This document shows, in pieces, positions 1 to 13,967 of a stretch of DNA of 64,000 nt; the stretch's first letter is position 1; each line of letters starts with the position of its first letter. Made by a program: the position numbers and the translations under genes. The stretch is taken from NCBI RefSeq assembly GCF_024700885.2, contig NZ_CP117016.1; one strand, given 5' to 3'. Source of the DNA: Escherichia coli (GTDB lineage: Bacteria; Pseudomonadota; Gammaproteobacteria; Enterobacterales; Enterobacteriaceae). The notes below the pieces were generated by a model. That model ran no database searches. It saw only the letters and a program-made list of their open reading frames with translations, and was not told the origin of the DNA.

Positions 1-148
1 CCAGCTCGCGTGCCACGTCGATCTCTGCGCGATGCCGCTGACCGTAATCGAACGTTACGCAATGGACTTCATCATATTGTTGTAATGCCTGCACCAGACA
101 GGTGGTGGAATCCTGGCCTCCACTGAACACAACGACAGCACGTTTCAT
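1..148 (-). CDS. queC: 7-cyano-7-deazaguanine synthase QueC, N-terminal 49 codons only (gene continues beyond window start)
   Basis: Reverse-strand ATG at 148..146; translation [50 protein letters not shown] contains the SGGxDS PP-loop motif typical of QueC; truncated by window edge. Confidence 0.85.
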
Positions 149-212
149 AGATAATCCTGCTTGAACAATAAAAGCGTTATGGTAACGCCTGCGATTAACC
201 CGGACCAGCTAT

Positions 213-1913
213 TCATTGCGACGGCGCGGGAAGCCAGGCTTCGGTAAATTCAAACCAGCCGCGCGGTGTCAGTCGCACACCGTTCACGCCGGGAGGGGCA
301 CTAATGCGATAGTGATAGTTGAACAGCGGCGTCAGCGTCGCATCTGTCATTAACTGGCTAAAAACCGCTTTCAGGGCATTAAATCGGTTTTCTTCATCAG
401 GCATTATTTGCACGGCATCCAGTGTCGATTGTAGATGTGCGTATGCTGGAGCGTCGAAAACATGTGGCCATAGTGGATCGCAACGCAGCCATTGCTCCAG
501 GGTATATTCCGGTGCTTCGCCAATTAATCTGTCGCCCATCATGAGGTCTGCGTGTGCCAGTAGGGTCGTGTCGTCCCAGTTTTTTGCGTTATGAAAAATA
601 ATTGTGAGTTCACAGCCTTCCGCTGCCAGTGTCGCCTGTAGACGTTCTGCCATGGTATGAAGTTCTATCGGTAGGTGATAAACCAGCGTCAAGGTTTTCG
701 GTAGTTTGACCTCATCCGGTACTTGCCATTGCGGAATAGTCCAGCCTGGCAGTAATGCATGACTGGCGGTGATCAGGTTTTCTCCGACTTCTAACGTTTG
801 TAATAAACCGGATTGATGAATAATGGAGATCACTTTTCGCGCCTGCCAGAGGGACAGTCGGGGACTTTTGCGCAACGTTAAATAGCAAAAACCTAAACTG
901 ATGCCACTACTGACCTGGCTGACCCGTTGCAGCTCCTCCGGTTTGCCGATGGTGATTTGCACGGGATGCCGACAACTGGTTCCCAAATCTTTTTCGAAAA
1001 GCGGCGGAGTTATCCAGTACTCAACCGCTTTAAGCAGCGGATGACGTAAATGGTAATAATCATGGCTTTCCAGGCGCACCAGCTCCGCTGTGAATTGTGT
1101 TAAGCGAAAAGGACCCGTGCCGATCAGTGGGAATTGCGGATGCGCCAGATGGCTGCAATAGCTCGCCAGCCGGTGCGCAAGCCAGTAATCAGGGCGATGT
1201 AAAAAGAAGGTCAGACACTGCGGATGGGTGACTTCAATACGCTTCACGCTAATAAATAATTGATCCAGTGCTGGCAGTTGTAACAGCATCAATAATCGCT
1301 GGTGTAAGTGTGAGGCTTTTACTGCATCGCCGTTATGCCAGTGTAGGGTTGAACGAAGATAAAAGTCCCAGCGTAACCCGTCAGCAGAGGTTTCCCAGTG
1401 ATGCGCTAAATCGCCAATCGGGCGCTGGGTATTATTATCGAAGCGGGTCAGGCCGGAAAATATCTGTCCGGCGAGATGCTGCTCGGCACGGCCGGGCAAA
1501 AAGCCCGGTTGTAGCGGTTCGAGCGGGCGATAGTATGGAATACGCAACGTGGGTGTATCGTTTTGCCATTGTCCGCCCATAAACGGCTGTAACAGAGTGC
1601 GCAGCTCACCTGGGGCCAGTTGCGCCAGCTCCAGCACATCTTGCTGCTTTCCGGTTTCCAGCGCCTGTTCCATCATCGTATTGCGTAGCGATTCTGGCGT
1701 GACCAGAAAGCGTAGTTGCCCGCGCTTTCCGCGTCCTGACTGCGCCTGCCACTCCAGCCATCCCGCCTCCTGTGCCTGGCGTAACAGCGTACGAACATGG
1801 CGTTCGCTGCAAAAACAGCGTTCGGCCAGTTCGCTGACGGTGACGGTTTGCGGCTTTCCGGCGGAAGGTTGCCACAGACGTTGATACTGGTTAAGACGGT
1901 TGAGCAGTCGCAT
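213..1913 (-). CDS. ybaE: YbaE, SgrR-like N-terminal HTH domain fused to family-5 solute-binding-protein-like domain
   Basis: Track ORF 213..1928 (571 aa); K-12 YbaE recalled as 566 aa, so start placed at the second in-frame Met (MRLLNRL...); alternative upstream ATG at 1928. Confidence 0.85.
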   Translation of the reverse strand: MRLLNRLNQYQRLWQPSAGKPQTVTVSELAERCFCSERHVRTLLRQAQEAGWLEWQAQSGRGKRGQLRFLVTPESLRNTMMEQALETGKQQDVLELAQLAPGELRTLLQPFMGGQWQNDTPTLRIPYYRPLEPLQPGFLPGRAEQHLAGQIFSGLTRFDNNTQRPIGDLAHHWETSADGLRWDFYLRSTLHWHNGDAVKASHLHQRLLMLLQLPALDQLFISVKRIEVTHPQCLTFFLHRPDYWLAHRLASYCSHLAHPQFPLIGTGPFRLTQFTAELVRLESHDYYHLRHPLLKAVEYWITPPLFEKDLGTSCRHPVQITIGKPEELQRVSQVSSGISLGFCYLTLRKSPRLSLWQARKVISIIHQSGLLQTLEVGENLITASHALLPGWTIPQWQVPDEVKLPKTLTLVYHLPIELHTMAERLQATLAAEGCELTIIFHNAKNWDDTTLLAHADLMMGDRLIGEAPEYTLEQWLRCDPLWPHVFDAPAYAHLQSTLDAVQIMPDEENRFNALKAVFSQLMTDATLTPLFNYHYRISAPPGVNGVRLTPRGWFEFTEAWLPAPSQ

Positions 1914-2012
1914 ATAAACCCGGAACAATATTATTTAACTATTCACTATTACTTCCGTATATATCAGGTGATACTCAATCACCATTAACCGTGTCACAGA
2001 GTGGAGAAAGAA

Positions 2013-2831
2013 ATGGCTCGTCTGGCAGCATTTGATATGGATGGCACTTTATTGATGCCTGACCATCATTTAGGTGAGAAAACCCTCTCTACTTTGGCGC
2101 GACTGCGTGAACGCGACATTACCCTCACTTTTGCCACGGGGCGTCATGCGCTGGAGATGCAGCATATTCTCGGGGCGCTATCGCTGGATGCATATTTGAT
2201 TACCGGCAACGGAACGCGCGTGCATTCTCTGGAAGGTGAACTTTTACATCGTGATGATTTACCTGCGGATGTCGTGGAGCTGGTGCTGTATCAGCAATGG
2301 GATACCCGAGCCAGCATGCATATCTTCAATGACGACGGTTGGTTTACCGGGAAAGAGATCCCTGCGTTGTTGCAGGCATTTGTCTATAGCGGTTTTCGTT
2401 ATCAGATAATCGATGTCAAAAAAATGCCACTCGGCAGCGTCACCAAGATCTGCTTCTGTGGCGATCACGACGATCTTACACGCTTGCAGATCCAGCTATA
2501 CGAAGCATTAGGCGAGCGTGCACATTTGTGTTTTTCCGCCACGGATTGCCTCGAAGTGCTGCCGGTGGGCTGCAATAAAGGCGCTGCATTGACGGTGCTG
2601 ACCCAACATTTAGGTTTATCGTTGCGCGATTGCATGGCCTTTGGTGATGCGATGAACGATCGCGAAATGTTAGGCAGCGTCGGTAGCGGATTTATTATGG
2701 GCAATGCGATGCCGCAATTGCGCGCGGAGCTCCCGCATTTACCGGTGATTGGACATTGCCGAAATCAGGCTGTCTCTCACTATTTGACGCACTGGCTGGA
2801 CTATCCACATCTACCTTATTCCCCCGAATAA
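2013..2831 (+). CDS. cof: HAD-family HMP-PP phosphatase Cof
   Basis: Track ORF 2001..2831; HAD motif [10 protein letters not shown] near N-terminus; start set at ATG 2013 ([14 protein letters not shown], 272 aa) rather than the upstream GTG. Confidence 0.9.
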
Positions 2832-2983
2832 CGAGATCCCTTCCAGCACCGGGCAATTGCCCGGTTTTTTTTGCGTTGAATTTGTCATTTTGTGCCGTGG
2901 TGTTTAAACCGCACAGAATAAATTGTCGCGATTTCACCTTTAAAATAGAATTAAAAGAGAAAAAAATTCTCCGTGGAAGGGCT

Positions 2984-3442
2984 ATGTTAGATAAAATTGA
3001 CCGTAAGCTGCTGGCCTTACTACAGCAGGATTGCACCCTCTCTTTGCAGGCACTGGCTGAAGCCGTTAATCTGACAACTACCCCCTGCTGGAAGCGTCTG
3101 AAACGGCTGGAGGACGACGGTATTCTTATCGGCAAAGTCGCCCTGCTGGATCCGGAAAAAATAGGCCTCGGCCTGACTGCCTTTGTGCTGATAAAAACGC
3201 AACATCACAGCAGCGAATGGTATTGCCGCTTTGTCACGGTGGTTACCGAAATGCCAGAAGTGCTGGGGTTCTGGCGCATGGCCGGTGAATACGATTATCT
3301 GATGCGCGTCCAGGTTGCCGACATGAAACGCTACGACGAGTTTTATAAGCGTCTGGTAAACAGCGTGCCGGGGCTGTCGGACGTCACTTCCAGCTTCGCG
3401 ATGGAACAGATTAAATACACCACTTCTTTACCCATCGAATAA
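2984..3442 (+). CDS. ybaO: Lrp/AsnC-family transcriptional regulator YbaO (DecR)
   Basis: Within track ORF 2756..3442; start at internal ATG 2984 gives the 152-aa product [16 protein letters not shown]... with HTH and RAM domain features; the upstream track extension overlaps the cof 3' end and is rejected. Confidence 0.88.
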
Positions 3443-3471
3443 ATATCCAGAATCAGGTCAGGACACAACGC

Positions 3472-7018
<3,547 letters not shown>

Positions 7019-7039
7019 ATAGCGCAATATTTCATCGTT

Positions 7040-7078
7040 GGTGCAAAAATGTAACGCACTGTGCACTGTCATAGTGCG
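7040..7078 (+). promoter_or_regulatory. Putative NtrC enhancer-like dyads upstream of glnK, overlapping the mdlB terminator hairpin
   Basis: TGCAC...GTGCG dyad TGCACTGTCATAGTGCG at 7062..7078 followed by a T-tract at 7079..7088; a second partial dyad around 7041..7060; resembles the NtrC consensus TGCACC-N-GGTGCA. Confidence 0.4.
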
Positions 7079-7130
7079 TTTTTGTTTTCAATCTTCTTAA
7101 CTTCCTGCTCTCCTTCTCGTTTTTCATTTC

Positions 7131-7146
7131 TGGCACACCGCTTGCA
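7131..7146 (+). promoter_or_regulatory. Sigma-54 (-24/-12) promoter of glnK-amtB
   Basis: TGGCAC-N5-TTGCA exact match to the sigma-54 consensus, about 55 nt upstream of the glnK ATG. Confidence 0.85.
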
Positions 7147-7198
7147 ATACCTTCTTCGTGTAGCAGAACCATTACCGAATTCTGACCGGAGGGGATCT

Positions 7199-7537
7199 AT
7201 GAAGCTGGTGACCGTGATAATCAAACCATTCAAGCTGGAAGACGTTCGTGAAGCGTTATCTTCCATTGGTATTCAGGGCCTGACCGTCACCGAAGTGAAA
7301 GGTTTCGGGCGTCAGAAAGGGCATGCCGAGCTGTACCGGGGAGCGGAATACAGCGTCAACTTTCTGCCAAAAGTAAAAATTGATGTGGCGATTGCTGATG
7401 ACCAACTCGATGAAGTGATCGATATCGTCAGTAAGGCGGCTTACACCGGAAAAATTGGCGACGGCAAAATCTTTGTCGCTGAATTGCAACGCGTCATTCG
7501 TATTCGTACCGGCGAAGCCGACGAAGCGGCGCTGTAA
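7199..7537 (+). CDS. glnK: PII nitrogen regulatory protein GlnK
   Basis: 112-aa product MKLVTVIIKPFKLEDVREAL... with T-loop GRQKGHAELYRGAEY; start at ATG 7199 inside track ORF 7061..7537. Confidence 0.95.
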   Translation: MKLVTVIIKPFKLEDVREALSSIGIQGLTVTEVKGFGRQKGHAELYRGAEYSVNFLPKVKIDVAIADDQLDEVIDIVSKAAYTGKIGDGKIFVAELQRVIRIRTGEADEAAL

Positions 7538-7566
7538 TCTCTGGCACACAGCAACAGGAACGAAAA

Positions 7567-8853
7567 ATGAAGATAGCGACGATAAAAACTGGGCTTGCTT
7601 CACTGGCGATGCTGCCGGGACTGGTAATGGCTGCACCTGCGGTGGCCGATAAAGCCGACAATGCGTTTATGATGATCTGTACTGCGCTGGTGCTGTTTAT
7701 GACTATTCCGGGGATTGCCCTGTTTTACGGTGGGTTGATTCGCGGCAAAAACGTGCTGTCGATGCTGACGCAGGTGACGGTGACGTTTGCACTGGTCTGT
7801 ATTCTCTGGGTGGTTTACGGTTACTCGCTGGCGTTTGGTGAGGGCAACAACTTCTTCGGCAACATTAACTGGCTGATGCTGAAAAACATCGAACTGACGG
7901 CGGTGATGGGCAGCATTTATCAGTATATTCACGTAGCGTTTCAGGGATCGTTTGCCTGCATTACCGTAGGCTTGATAGTTGGGGCGCTGGCGGAACGAAT
8001 CCGCTTCTCAGCTGTGTTGATTTTCGTGGTGGTATGGCTGACGCTCTCCTACATTCCGATTGCGCATATGGTCTGGGGCGGCGGTTTGCTGGCTTCTCAC
8101 GGTGCACTGGATTTCGCGGGTGGCACGGTGGTCCACATTAACGCCGCAATCGCCGGTCTGGTGGGCGCATATCTGGTAGGCAAACGCGTGGGCTTCGGCA
8201 AAGAGGCGTTTAAACCGCACAACCTGCCGATGGTCTTCACCGGGACTGCCATTCTCTATATCGGTTGGTTTGGCTTTAATGCCGGGTCAGCGGGCACGGC
8301 GAATGAAATCGCAGCACTGGCATTTGTGAATACTGTGGTCGCAACGGCGGCGGCAATTCTTGGCTGGATCTTCGGTGAATGGGCGCTGCGTGGTAAGCCT
8401 TCACTGCTGGGAGCGTGTTCAGGCGCGATTGCCGGTCTGGTCGGCGTGACGCCAGCGTGTGGCTACATTGGTGTTGGCGGCGCGTTGATTATCGGCGTGG
8501 TAGCTGGTCTGGCGGGCTTGTGGGGCGTTACCATGCTCAAACGCTTGTTGCGGGTGGATGATCCCTGCGATGTCTTTGGTGTGCACGGCGTTTGTGGCAT
8601 TGTCGGCTGTATCATGACCGGGATTTTTGCCGCCAGCTCGCTGGGCGGCGTGGGCTTCGCTGAAGGTGTGACGATGGGCCATCAGTTGCTGGTACAGCTG
8701 GAAAGCATCGCCATTACGATCGTCTGGTCCGGTGTGGTGGCATTTATTGGCTACAAACTGGCGGATCTGACGGTTGGCCTGCGTGTGCCGGAAGAACAGG
8801 AGCGAGAAGGGCTGGATGTCAACAGCCACGGCGAGAATGCATATAACGCGTAA
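7567..8853 (+). CDS. amtB: Ammonium channel AmtB
   Basis: 428-aa polytopic membrane protein with signal peptide, immediately downstream of glnK (conserved glnK-amtB operon). Confidence 0.95.
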   Translation: MKIATIKTGLASLAMLPGLVMAAPAVADKADNAFMMICTALVLFMTIPGIALFYGGLIRGKNVLSMLTQVTVTFALVCILWVVYGYSLAFGEGNNFFGNINWLMLKNIELTAVMGSIYQYIHVAFQGSFACITVGLIVGALAERIRFSAVLIFVVVWLTLSYIPIAHMVWGGGLLASHGALDFAGGTVVHINAAIAGLVGAYLVGKRVGFGKEAFKPHNLPMVFTGTAILYIGWFGFNAGSAGTANEIAALAFVNTVVATAAAILGWIFGEWALRGKPSLLGACSGAIAGLVGVTPACGYIGVGGALIIGVVAGLAGLWGVTMLKRLLRVDDPCDVFGVHGVCGIVGCIMTGIFAASSLGGVGFAEGVTMGHQLLVQLESIAITIVWSGVVAFIGYKLADLTVGLRVPEEQEREGLDVNSHGENAYNA

Positions 8854-8865
8854 CAAGCACTGCAA

Positions 8866-8903
8866 AAAACAGCCGGACGGTTTTCACCTCCGGCTATTTT
8901 TTT
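8866..8903. terminator. Bidirectional Rho-independent terminator between convergent amtB and tesB
   Basis: A-run, hairpin AGCCGGA/TCCGGCT, then T-run (AAAAAACAGCCGGACGGTTTTCACCTCCGGCTATTTTTTT). Confidence 0.7.
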
Positions 8904-9762
8904 AATTATGATTACGCATTACCCCTTCCTGAACGGTCGAGGCAACCAGCACGCCATCCTGGGTATAAAACTCACCGCGCACAAAGCCGCGTGCGCTGGA
9001 CGCCGAGGTGCTCTCCACGCTATACAGCAGCCATTCATTCAAATTAAACGGGCGATGGAACCACATGGAATGGTCGATGGTCGCTATCTGAATTCCTGGT
9101 TCGAGAAAACCGATGCCGTGCGGCTGTAGAGCTACCGGCAGGAAGTTAAGATCAGAAGCGTAACCGAGCAGATACTGATGAACGCGCAGATCATCCGGCA
9201 CGCTACCATTTGCGCGGATCCACACCTGACGATGCGGTTCTGCGACGTGCCCTTTCAGTGGGTTATGAAACTCCACCGGACGGACTTCAAGCGGACGATC
9301 GCAGATGAATTTATCTTTCAGCACTGGCGGCAGCAGGTGCGCCAGCGATTGGGCGATTTGCGTTTCCGAAGGCAGGCCATCAGGCGCTGGCGCGGACGGC
9401 ATTGTTTTTTGATGTTCGAAACCCGCTTCTGGTGCCTGGAAAGAGGCAGTCATATAAAAAATCGGTTTGCCGTTTTGAATAGCAGCAACCCGGCGGGCGC
9501 TGAAGCTGTTACCGTCACGCAGCGTTTCGACATCATAAATAATCGGCTTCTTACTATCGCCAGGGCGAAGAAAGTAGCTATGAAACGAATGTACCAGCCG
9601 CTCTTCAGGGACGGTCTCTTTTGCAGCATACAAGGCCTGACCCACGACCTGGCCGCCAAACACCTGGCGTAAACCTAAATCTTCACTCTGGCCGCGAAAG
9701 AGTCCTTCCTCAATTTTTTCCAGATTTAACAATGTCAGTAAATTTTTTAGCGCCTGACTCAT
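8902..9762 (-). CDS. tesB: Acyl-CoA thioesterase II TesB
   Basis: Track ORF 8902..9846; start set at ATG 9762 ([20 protein letters not shown]..., 286 aa). Confidence 0.93.
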
Positions 9763-9979
9763 ATAACTCTCCAGTAACAAAGCTGCCGCAGCAAGCCAAA
9801 GTGAGTTGAGTATAACGCAAATTTGCCACTGGTCCGATGGGTGCAATGGTCTGAATTACGGGCTAATTACAGGCAGAAATGCGTGATGTGTGCCACACTT
9901 GTTGACGTTACTATTTTGTTAACCACTCTTCCGGCGAGGAAAGTTAGCCCGCTGGTGCATTGATAATAAGGAGAAGTGA

Positions 9980-10552
9980 ATGAAACTCGTGCACATGGCC
10001 AGTGGTTTAGCGGTTGCGATTGCGTTGGCGGCTTGCGCAGATAAAAGCGCGGATATTCAGACGCCAGCACCGGCTGCAAATACGTCTATTTCAGCAACAC
10101 AACAACCTGCTATCCAGCAACCGAATGTCTCCGGTACCGTCTGGATCCGTCAGAAAGTCGCACTGCCGCCTGATGCCGTGCTGACCGTGACACTTTCTGA
10201 CGCGTCGTTAGCCGATGCACCGTCAAAAGTGCTGGCGCAGAAAGCGGTGCGTACCGAAGGCAAACAGTCACCATTCAGCTTTGTTCTGCCATTTAACCCG
10301 GCAGATGTTCAGCCGAACGCGCGTATTCTGTTGAGTGCGGCGATTACCGTGAATGACAAACTGGTATTTATTACCGATACCGTTCAGCCGGTGATCAACC
10401 AGGGCGGAACTAAAGCCGACCTGACATTGGTGCCGGTGCAGCAAACCGCCGTGCCGGTTCAGGCCAGCGGTGGCGCAACGACTACCGTACCTTCGACTTC
10501 ACCAACTCAGGTGAATCCGTCTTCGGCAGTTCCAGCTCCTACGCAATATTAA
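9980..10552 (+). CDS. ybaY: Lipoprotein YbaY
   Basis: 190-aa ORF with lipobox signal peptide (LAACAD) and Pro/Ala/Thr-rich C-terminus. Confidence 0.9.
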   Translation: MKLVHMASGLAVAIALAACADKSADIQTPAPAANTSISATQQPAIQQPNVSGTVWIRQKVALPPDAVLTVTLSDASLADAPSKVLAQKAVRTEGKQSPFSFVLPFNPADVQPNARILLSAAITVNDKLVFITDTVQPVINQGGTKADLTLVPVQQTAVPVQASGGATTTVPSTSPTQVNPSSAVPAPTQY

Positions 10553-10558
10553 GCGCAG

Positions 10559-10585
10559 TTAACCCTCTCCGCCCGGAGAGGGTTA
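10559..10585. terminator. Hairpin terminator between convergent ybaY and atl
   Basis: Inverted repeat TAACCCTCTCCG-CCC-GGAGAGGGTTA immediately after the ybaY stop. Confidence 0.6.
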
Positions 10586-10972
10586 GTAGTTCCAGCGATA
10601 ACGCTGCAAGTCGATTTGCCCGCTTCCCGATACCATCACACCTTCTGCCAGTAATGCCTGTCGTTGACGCTGTAAATCCGGTCCGGTTAGCGAAATTGTG
10701 CCGTGGCGATTAACCACCCGGTGCCAGGGCAAGGTGCTGCCTTCAGGGAGACGCTTTAACACACCGCCCACCTGGCGCGCGGCGCGGGGCGATCCTGCCA
10801 GTTTCGCCACATCACCGTAAGTGGTGACATAGCCTTCGGGAATAGCGGCGACGATTTGCCAGACGCGTTGGGGAAATGAATCTTCTTTTTCCATCTTTTT
10901 TTCCTGAGGTAATTTTTCAGCATAATCTGGAAAAACGCCCGAGTGAAGTCGCATTGCGCAAGAAACCAGCAT
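10583..10972 (-). CDS. atl: Alkyltransferase-like DNA-binding protein Atl (YbaZ)
   Basis: Track ORF 10583..10993; start placed at the second Met (129 aa); MGMT-like DNA-binding domain lacking the catalytic Cys context (PWHRVVN). Confidence 0.85.
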   Translation of the reverse strand: MLVSCAMRLHSGVFPDYAEKLPQEKKMEKEDSFPQRVWQIVAAIPEGYVTTYGDVAKLAGSPRAARQVGGVLKRLPEGSTLPWHRVVNRHGTISLTGPDLQRQRQALLAEGVMVSGSGQIDLQRYRWNY

Positions 10973-11048
10973 CCGGCACGCAATGGGTTGCAATTAGCCG
11001 GGGCAGCAGTGATAATGCGCCTGCGCGTTGGTTCTCAACGCTCTCAAT

Positions 11049-11162
11049 GGGGGCTCTGTTGGTTCTCCCGCAACGCTACTCTGTTTACCAGGTCAGGTCC
11101 GGAAGGAAGCAGCCAAGGCAGATGACGCGTGTGCCGGGATGTAGCTGGCAGGGCCCCCACCC
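11049..11162 (+). ncRNA. ffs: 4.5S RNA (SRP RNA) ffs
   Basis: GGGGGCTCTGTTGGTTCTCCCGCAACGCTACTCTGTTTACCAGGTCAGGTCCGGAAGGAAGCAGCCAAGGCAGATGACGCGTGTGCCGGGATGTAGCTGGCAGGGCCCCCACC matches the recalled E. coli 4.5S RNA, including the conserved SRP domain IV GGAAGGAAGCAGCC motif. Confidence 0.93.
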
Positions 11163-11272
11163 ATTTCTGCCTCCCAGCGTTTCGTCAAAAAATCCCAATA
11201 TGGCTAAACTTTAACCACGACTGACGTCGCAAGAATTTTCTGGCTGCGCAGTACGCTTCGGAGGTATGTCTG

Positions 11273-11626
11273 ATGAAGTATGTTGATGGTTTTGTGGTTG
11301 CCGTTCCTGCCGATAAAAAGGATGCCTATCGGGAAATGGCCGCTAAGGCCGCGCCATTGTTTAAAGAGTTTGGCGCGCTTCGTATTGTCGAATGCTGGGC
11401 CAGCGATGTACCGGATGGCAAAGTGACCGATTTTCGTATGGCGGTGAAAGCGGAAGAGAATGAAGAGGTTGTCTTTAGCTGGATTGAATACCCTTCAAAA
11501 GAGGTCCGCGACGCTGCTAATCAAAAGATGATGTCGGACCCACGGATGAAAGAGTTCGGCGAGTCCATGCCGTTTGATGGTAAGCGAATGATCTATGGCG
11601 GATTCGAGTCAATCATCGACGAATAG
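11273..11626 (+). CDS. ybaA: DUF1428-family protein YbaA
   Basis: 117-aa ORF with a good RBS (GGAGG), position conserved. Confidence 0.88.
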   Translation: MKYVDGFVVAVPADKKDAYREMAAKAAPLFKEFGALRIVECWASDVPDGKVTDFRMAVKAEENEEVVFSWIEYPSKEVRDAANQKMMSDPRMKEFGESMPFDGKRMIYGGFESIIDE

Positions 11627-11667
11627 GTAGCGTGACGGGCTGTGCGGCGTGCCGTCAGCCCTACAAT

Positions 11668-13224
11668 TCACAAATGTTGCTCGGCCCAGCGTAAGAAATC
11701 TTCTTTCGGTAATGCCTTGCTGTAGAGCCAGCCCTGACCGTAGTGCACGCCATGCTGGCGTAACCACTCTTCTTGTTTACTGGTTTCGATTCCCTCCGCT
11801 ACCATTTTCAGTTTCAGTGTTTTTGCCATTTCGATGATATGCGGCGTGACATTTTTATATTCCAGCGCATCAACGAAAGATTTATCTATCTTCAGAATGT
11901 CGACATCCAGATCCTGTAAATAACTTAAACTTGAATACCCCGTACCAAAATCATCAAGATAAATTTCATGGCCCGCCTCCCGGTAGCGAGAAATTATCGG
12001 GGCGCTGGTTTTCGGATCGGCAAACTCGCGTTCAGTGAGTTCAAGCGCGATCTGTCTGGGATTAACCTGATAGTGATTGATCATTTCACGCAGCAATTGC
12101 GGGATTTTTTCCGAGGTGAGCACGGTGGATTCAAGATTGATCGAAATATGCTGCTGCGGATGCTGACGCAGCCAGTCGCCCATATCTTCAAAGACGCTTC
12201 TTATAATCAGTAGCGTCAATGGCTCAGAAAGGCCCGTTTGCTGTGCCAGCGGAATAAAACTATCTGGTGATAACCAACTACCGTCTGTCTGCGGCCAGCG
12301 CGCCAGTGCCTCAGCACCGACAATTTTGCCATTGGCTAAGGAGACAATCGGCTGATAGTGCACGCAAATATCACGATTTTCGATAGCATCCTGCAGCCGA
12401 TGATGCGGTGACTGGATACGGCGCAAAATACGCAGCACAAACATCGCTGCCAGCAGGCCAATCACCAACCCGAGCGGTAACCAAATAAAGACTTGCCGAT
12501 GCCAGCCTTTCTGCAACATTTTCGTTGAAGCCCAGGTGATGATCGAAATATTCATTTCCGGGAAGGGCAGGATATCGTAAATGATTCCATTATTTTCGAT
12601 ATGCTCACCGGGTGTTTTTTGTAGTCTGGTAATAATTCCCTGAGCAATTTCATCGCTGCTGGTTATGACAACGTTATGGGCATTGCCAATAATGGCGGCA
12701 TCAATTTGCCATGAACTATAGGGAATGACATCAATAAAGGAAGCAGGGTCGATCATGACGACATAATGTGCCGTTCCCATGGCGACCATGTAACGGATAA
12801 TGCCTAAATCGTTATGCGATGTTAACCAGACACGATAACCATCTTTCGAAATTTTACCTGGCTCGGGGAAGGTATCGGGCGGGCTTTCATGCTCCAGAGA
12901 CGAACACTGGGGAACGTTGTTATCGATATAAACCACTTCCTGAATATAGCGATAACTGTAAGATACCCGACGCATTTCCATGAGATGGGCTTCGCTACAG
13001 GCAGCGCCTTGCCATCTTTCCAGCTCTTGCAGCGCATCTTTCCCTTGTGTCGCCACCTTATTGGCCCGAATAGCGACGCGGGAGGAATACGTATTCAGCT
13101 CTTCAATAAATGATGTTTCTACCTGCTGATGGGCCAGCCAGATGCTTAAGCCGACAGGCAGCAATACTGAAAGAATCAGTACTCCCGAAATAAGGCCGAC
13201 CAGATGTCGTGTTCTCACCAGCAT
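11668..13224 (-). CDS. pdeB: c-di-GMP phosphodiesterase PdeB (YlaB), CSS-motif sensor with EAL domain
   Basis: 518-aa ORF; N-terminal TM plus periplasmic domain, C-terminal EAL domain (EALARW, DDFGTGYSSL motifs). Confidence 0.9.
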   Translation of the reverse strand: MLVRTRHLVGLISGVLILSVLLPVGLSIWLAHQQVETSFIEELNTYSSRVAIRANKVATQGKDALQELERWQGAACSEAHLMEMRRVSYSYRYIQEVVYIDNNVPQCSSLEHESPPDTFPEPGKISKDGYRVWLTSHNDLGIIRYMVAMGTAHYVVMIDPASFIDVIPYSSWQIDAAIIGNAHNVVITSSDEIAQGIITRLQKTPGEHIENNGIIYDILPFPEMNISIITWASTKMLQKGWHRQVFIWLPLGLVIGLLAAMFVLRILRRIQSPHHRLQDAIENRDICVHYQPIVSLANGKIVGAEALARWPQTDGSWLSPDSFIPLAQQTGLSEPLTLLIIRSVFEDMGDWLRQHPQQHISINLESTVLTSEKIPQLLREMINHYQVNPRQIALELTEREFADPKTSAPIISRYREAGHEIYLDDFGTGYSSLSYLQDLDVDILKIDKSFVDALEYKNVTPHIIEMAKTLKLKMVAEGIETSKQEEWLRQHGVHYGQGWLYSKALPKEDFLRWAEQHL

Positions 13225-13381
13225 ATCCTTATTAACACAGTGTAGGGAAAGTATATCTGATTGTGGAAAAAGGCTGGCAGGAGATAAGGAGGTAGAGCCG
13301 GGATTTCATGAAGTGATGGGTGGAAACGATCGTTGTCATTTGACCAGGCGCAGAGCTTTACGCCTGGTATGTAACCCTAAT

Positions 13382-13852
13382 TTAAGATGTTGATTCGGCG
13401 CGAGCGAGGGTAAAAATATCGTAAAAAGACAGTTCACCTTTACGGACGATCATTTTTTGCAGTTGTTCCTTATGAACATCCGCGACACGCGGAGAGTTCA
13501 AGATGGCTTCAACCAGCGCGGCAGGTACAAAGCGCGTGTTGTACCATTCGCCGTTATAGCAAACGCGGAAATCCAGCACGTCGATATCTTCATAGCGGTA
13601 GCGTGGGTAGACATCGAAAAAGAAGAAACCATTAAGCAGGATAAATAATACCACCAGTAGCCAGACAGAGCCTGAAAGCGTTTCGGACTGCAACATCACC
13701 GCCAGGGTGGCAAAAAAAGCAACGTACATACCGATAAACAGCCCCGGATGTTTACGGATAAAACTGATACTAAAGCGGGGTTTGTTGTCGCGTTTTTCGC
13801 GGGTATTCAGAGACTCAATCGTTTCGGTCAGCAGGCGTTGTATTTCGGTCAT
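13382..13852 (-). CDS. ylaC: Inner membrane protein YlaC
   Basis: Track ORF 13382..13891; start set at ATG 13852 (MTEIQRLL..., 156 aa); two predicted TM helices. Confidence 0.85.
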
Positions 13853-13967
13853 CGTTTGCCTTCGTGGTATCTGCAACTTTCCAGGGAACACCCTATTTTA
13901 ACGTGGGAATAGTAGAGGGAAAGTAACAGATTTACCACAATTTTGCATAACAGTTGCGAAAAACCGA

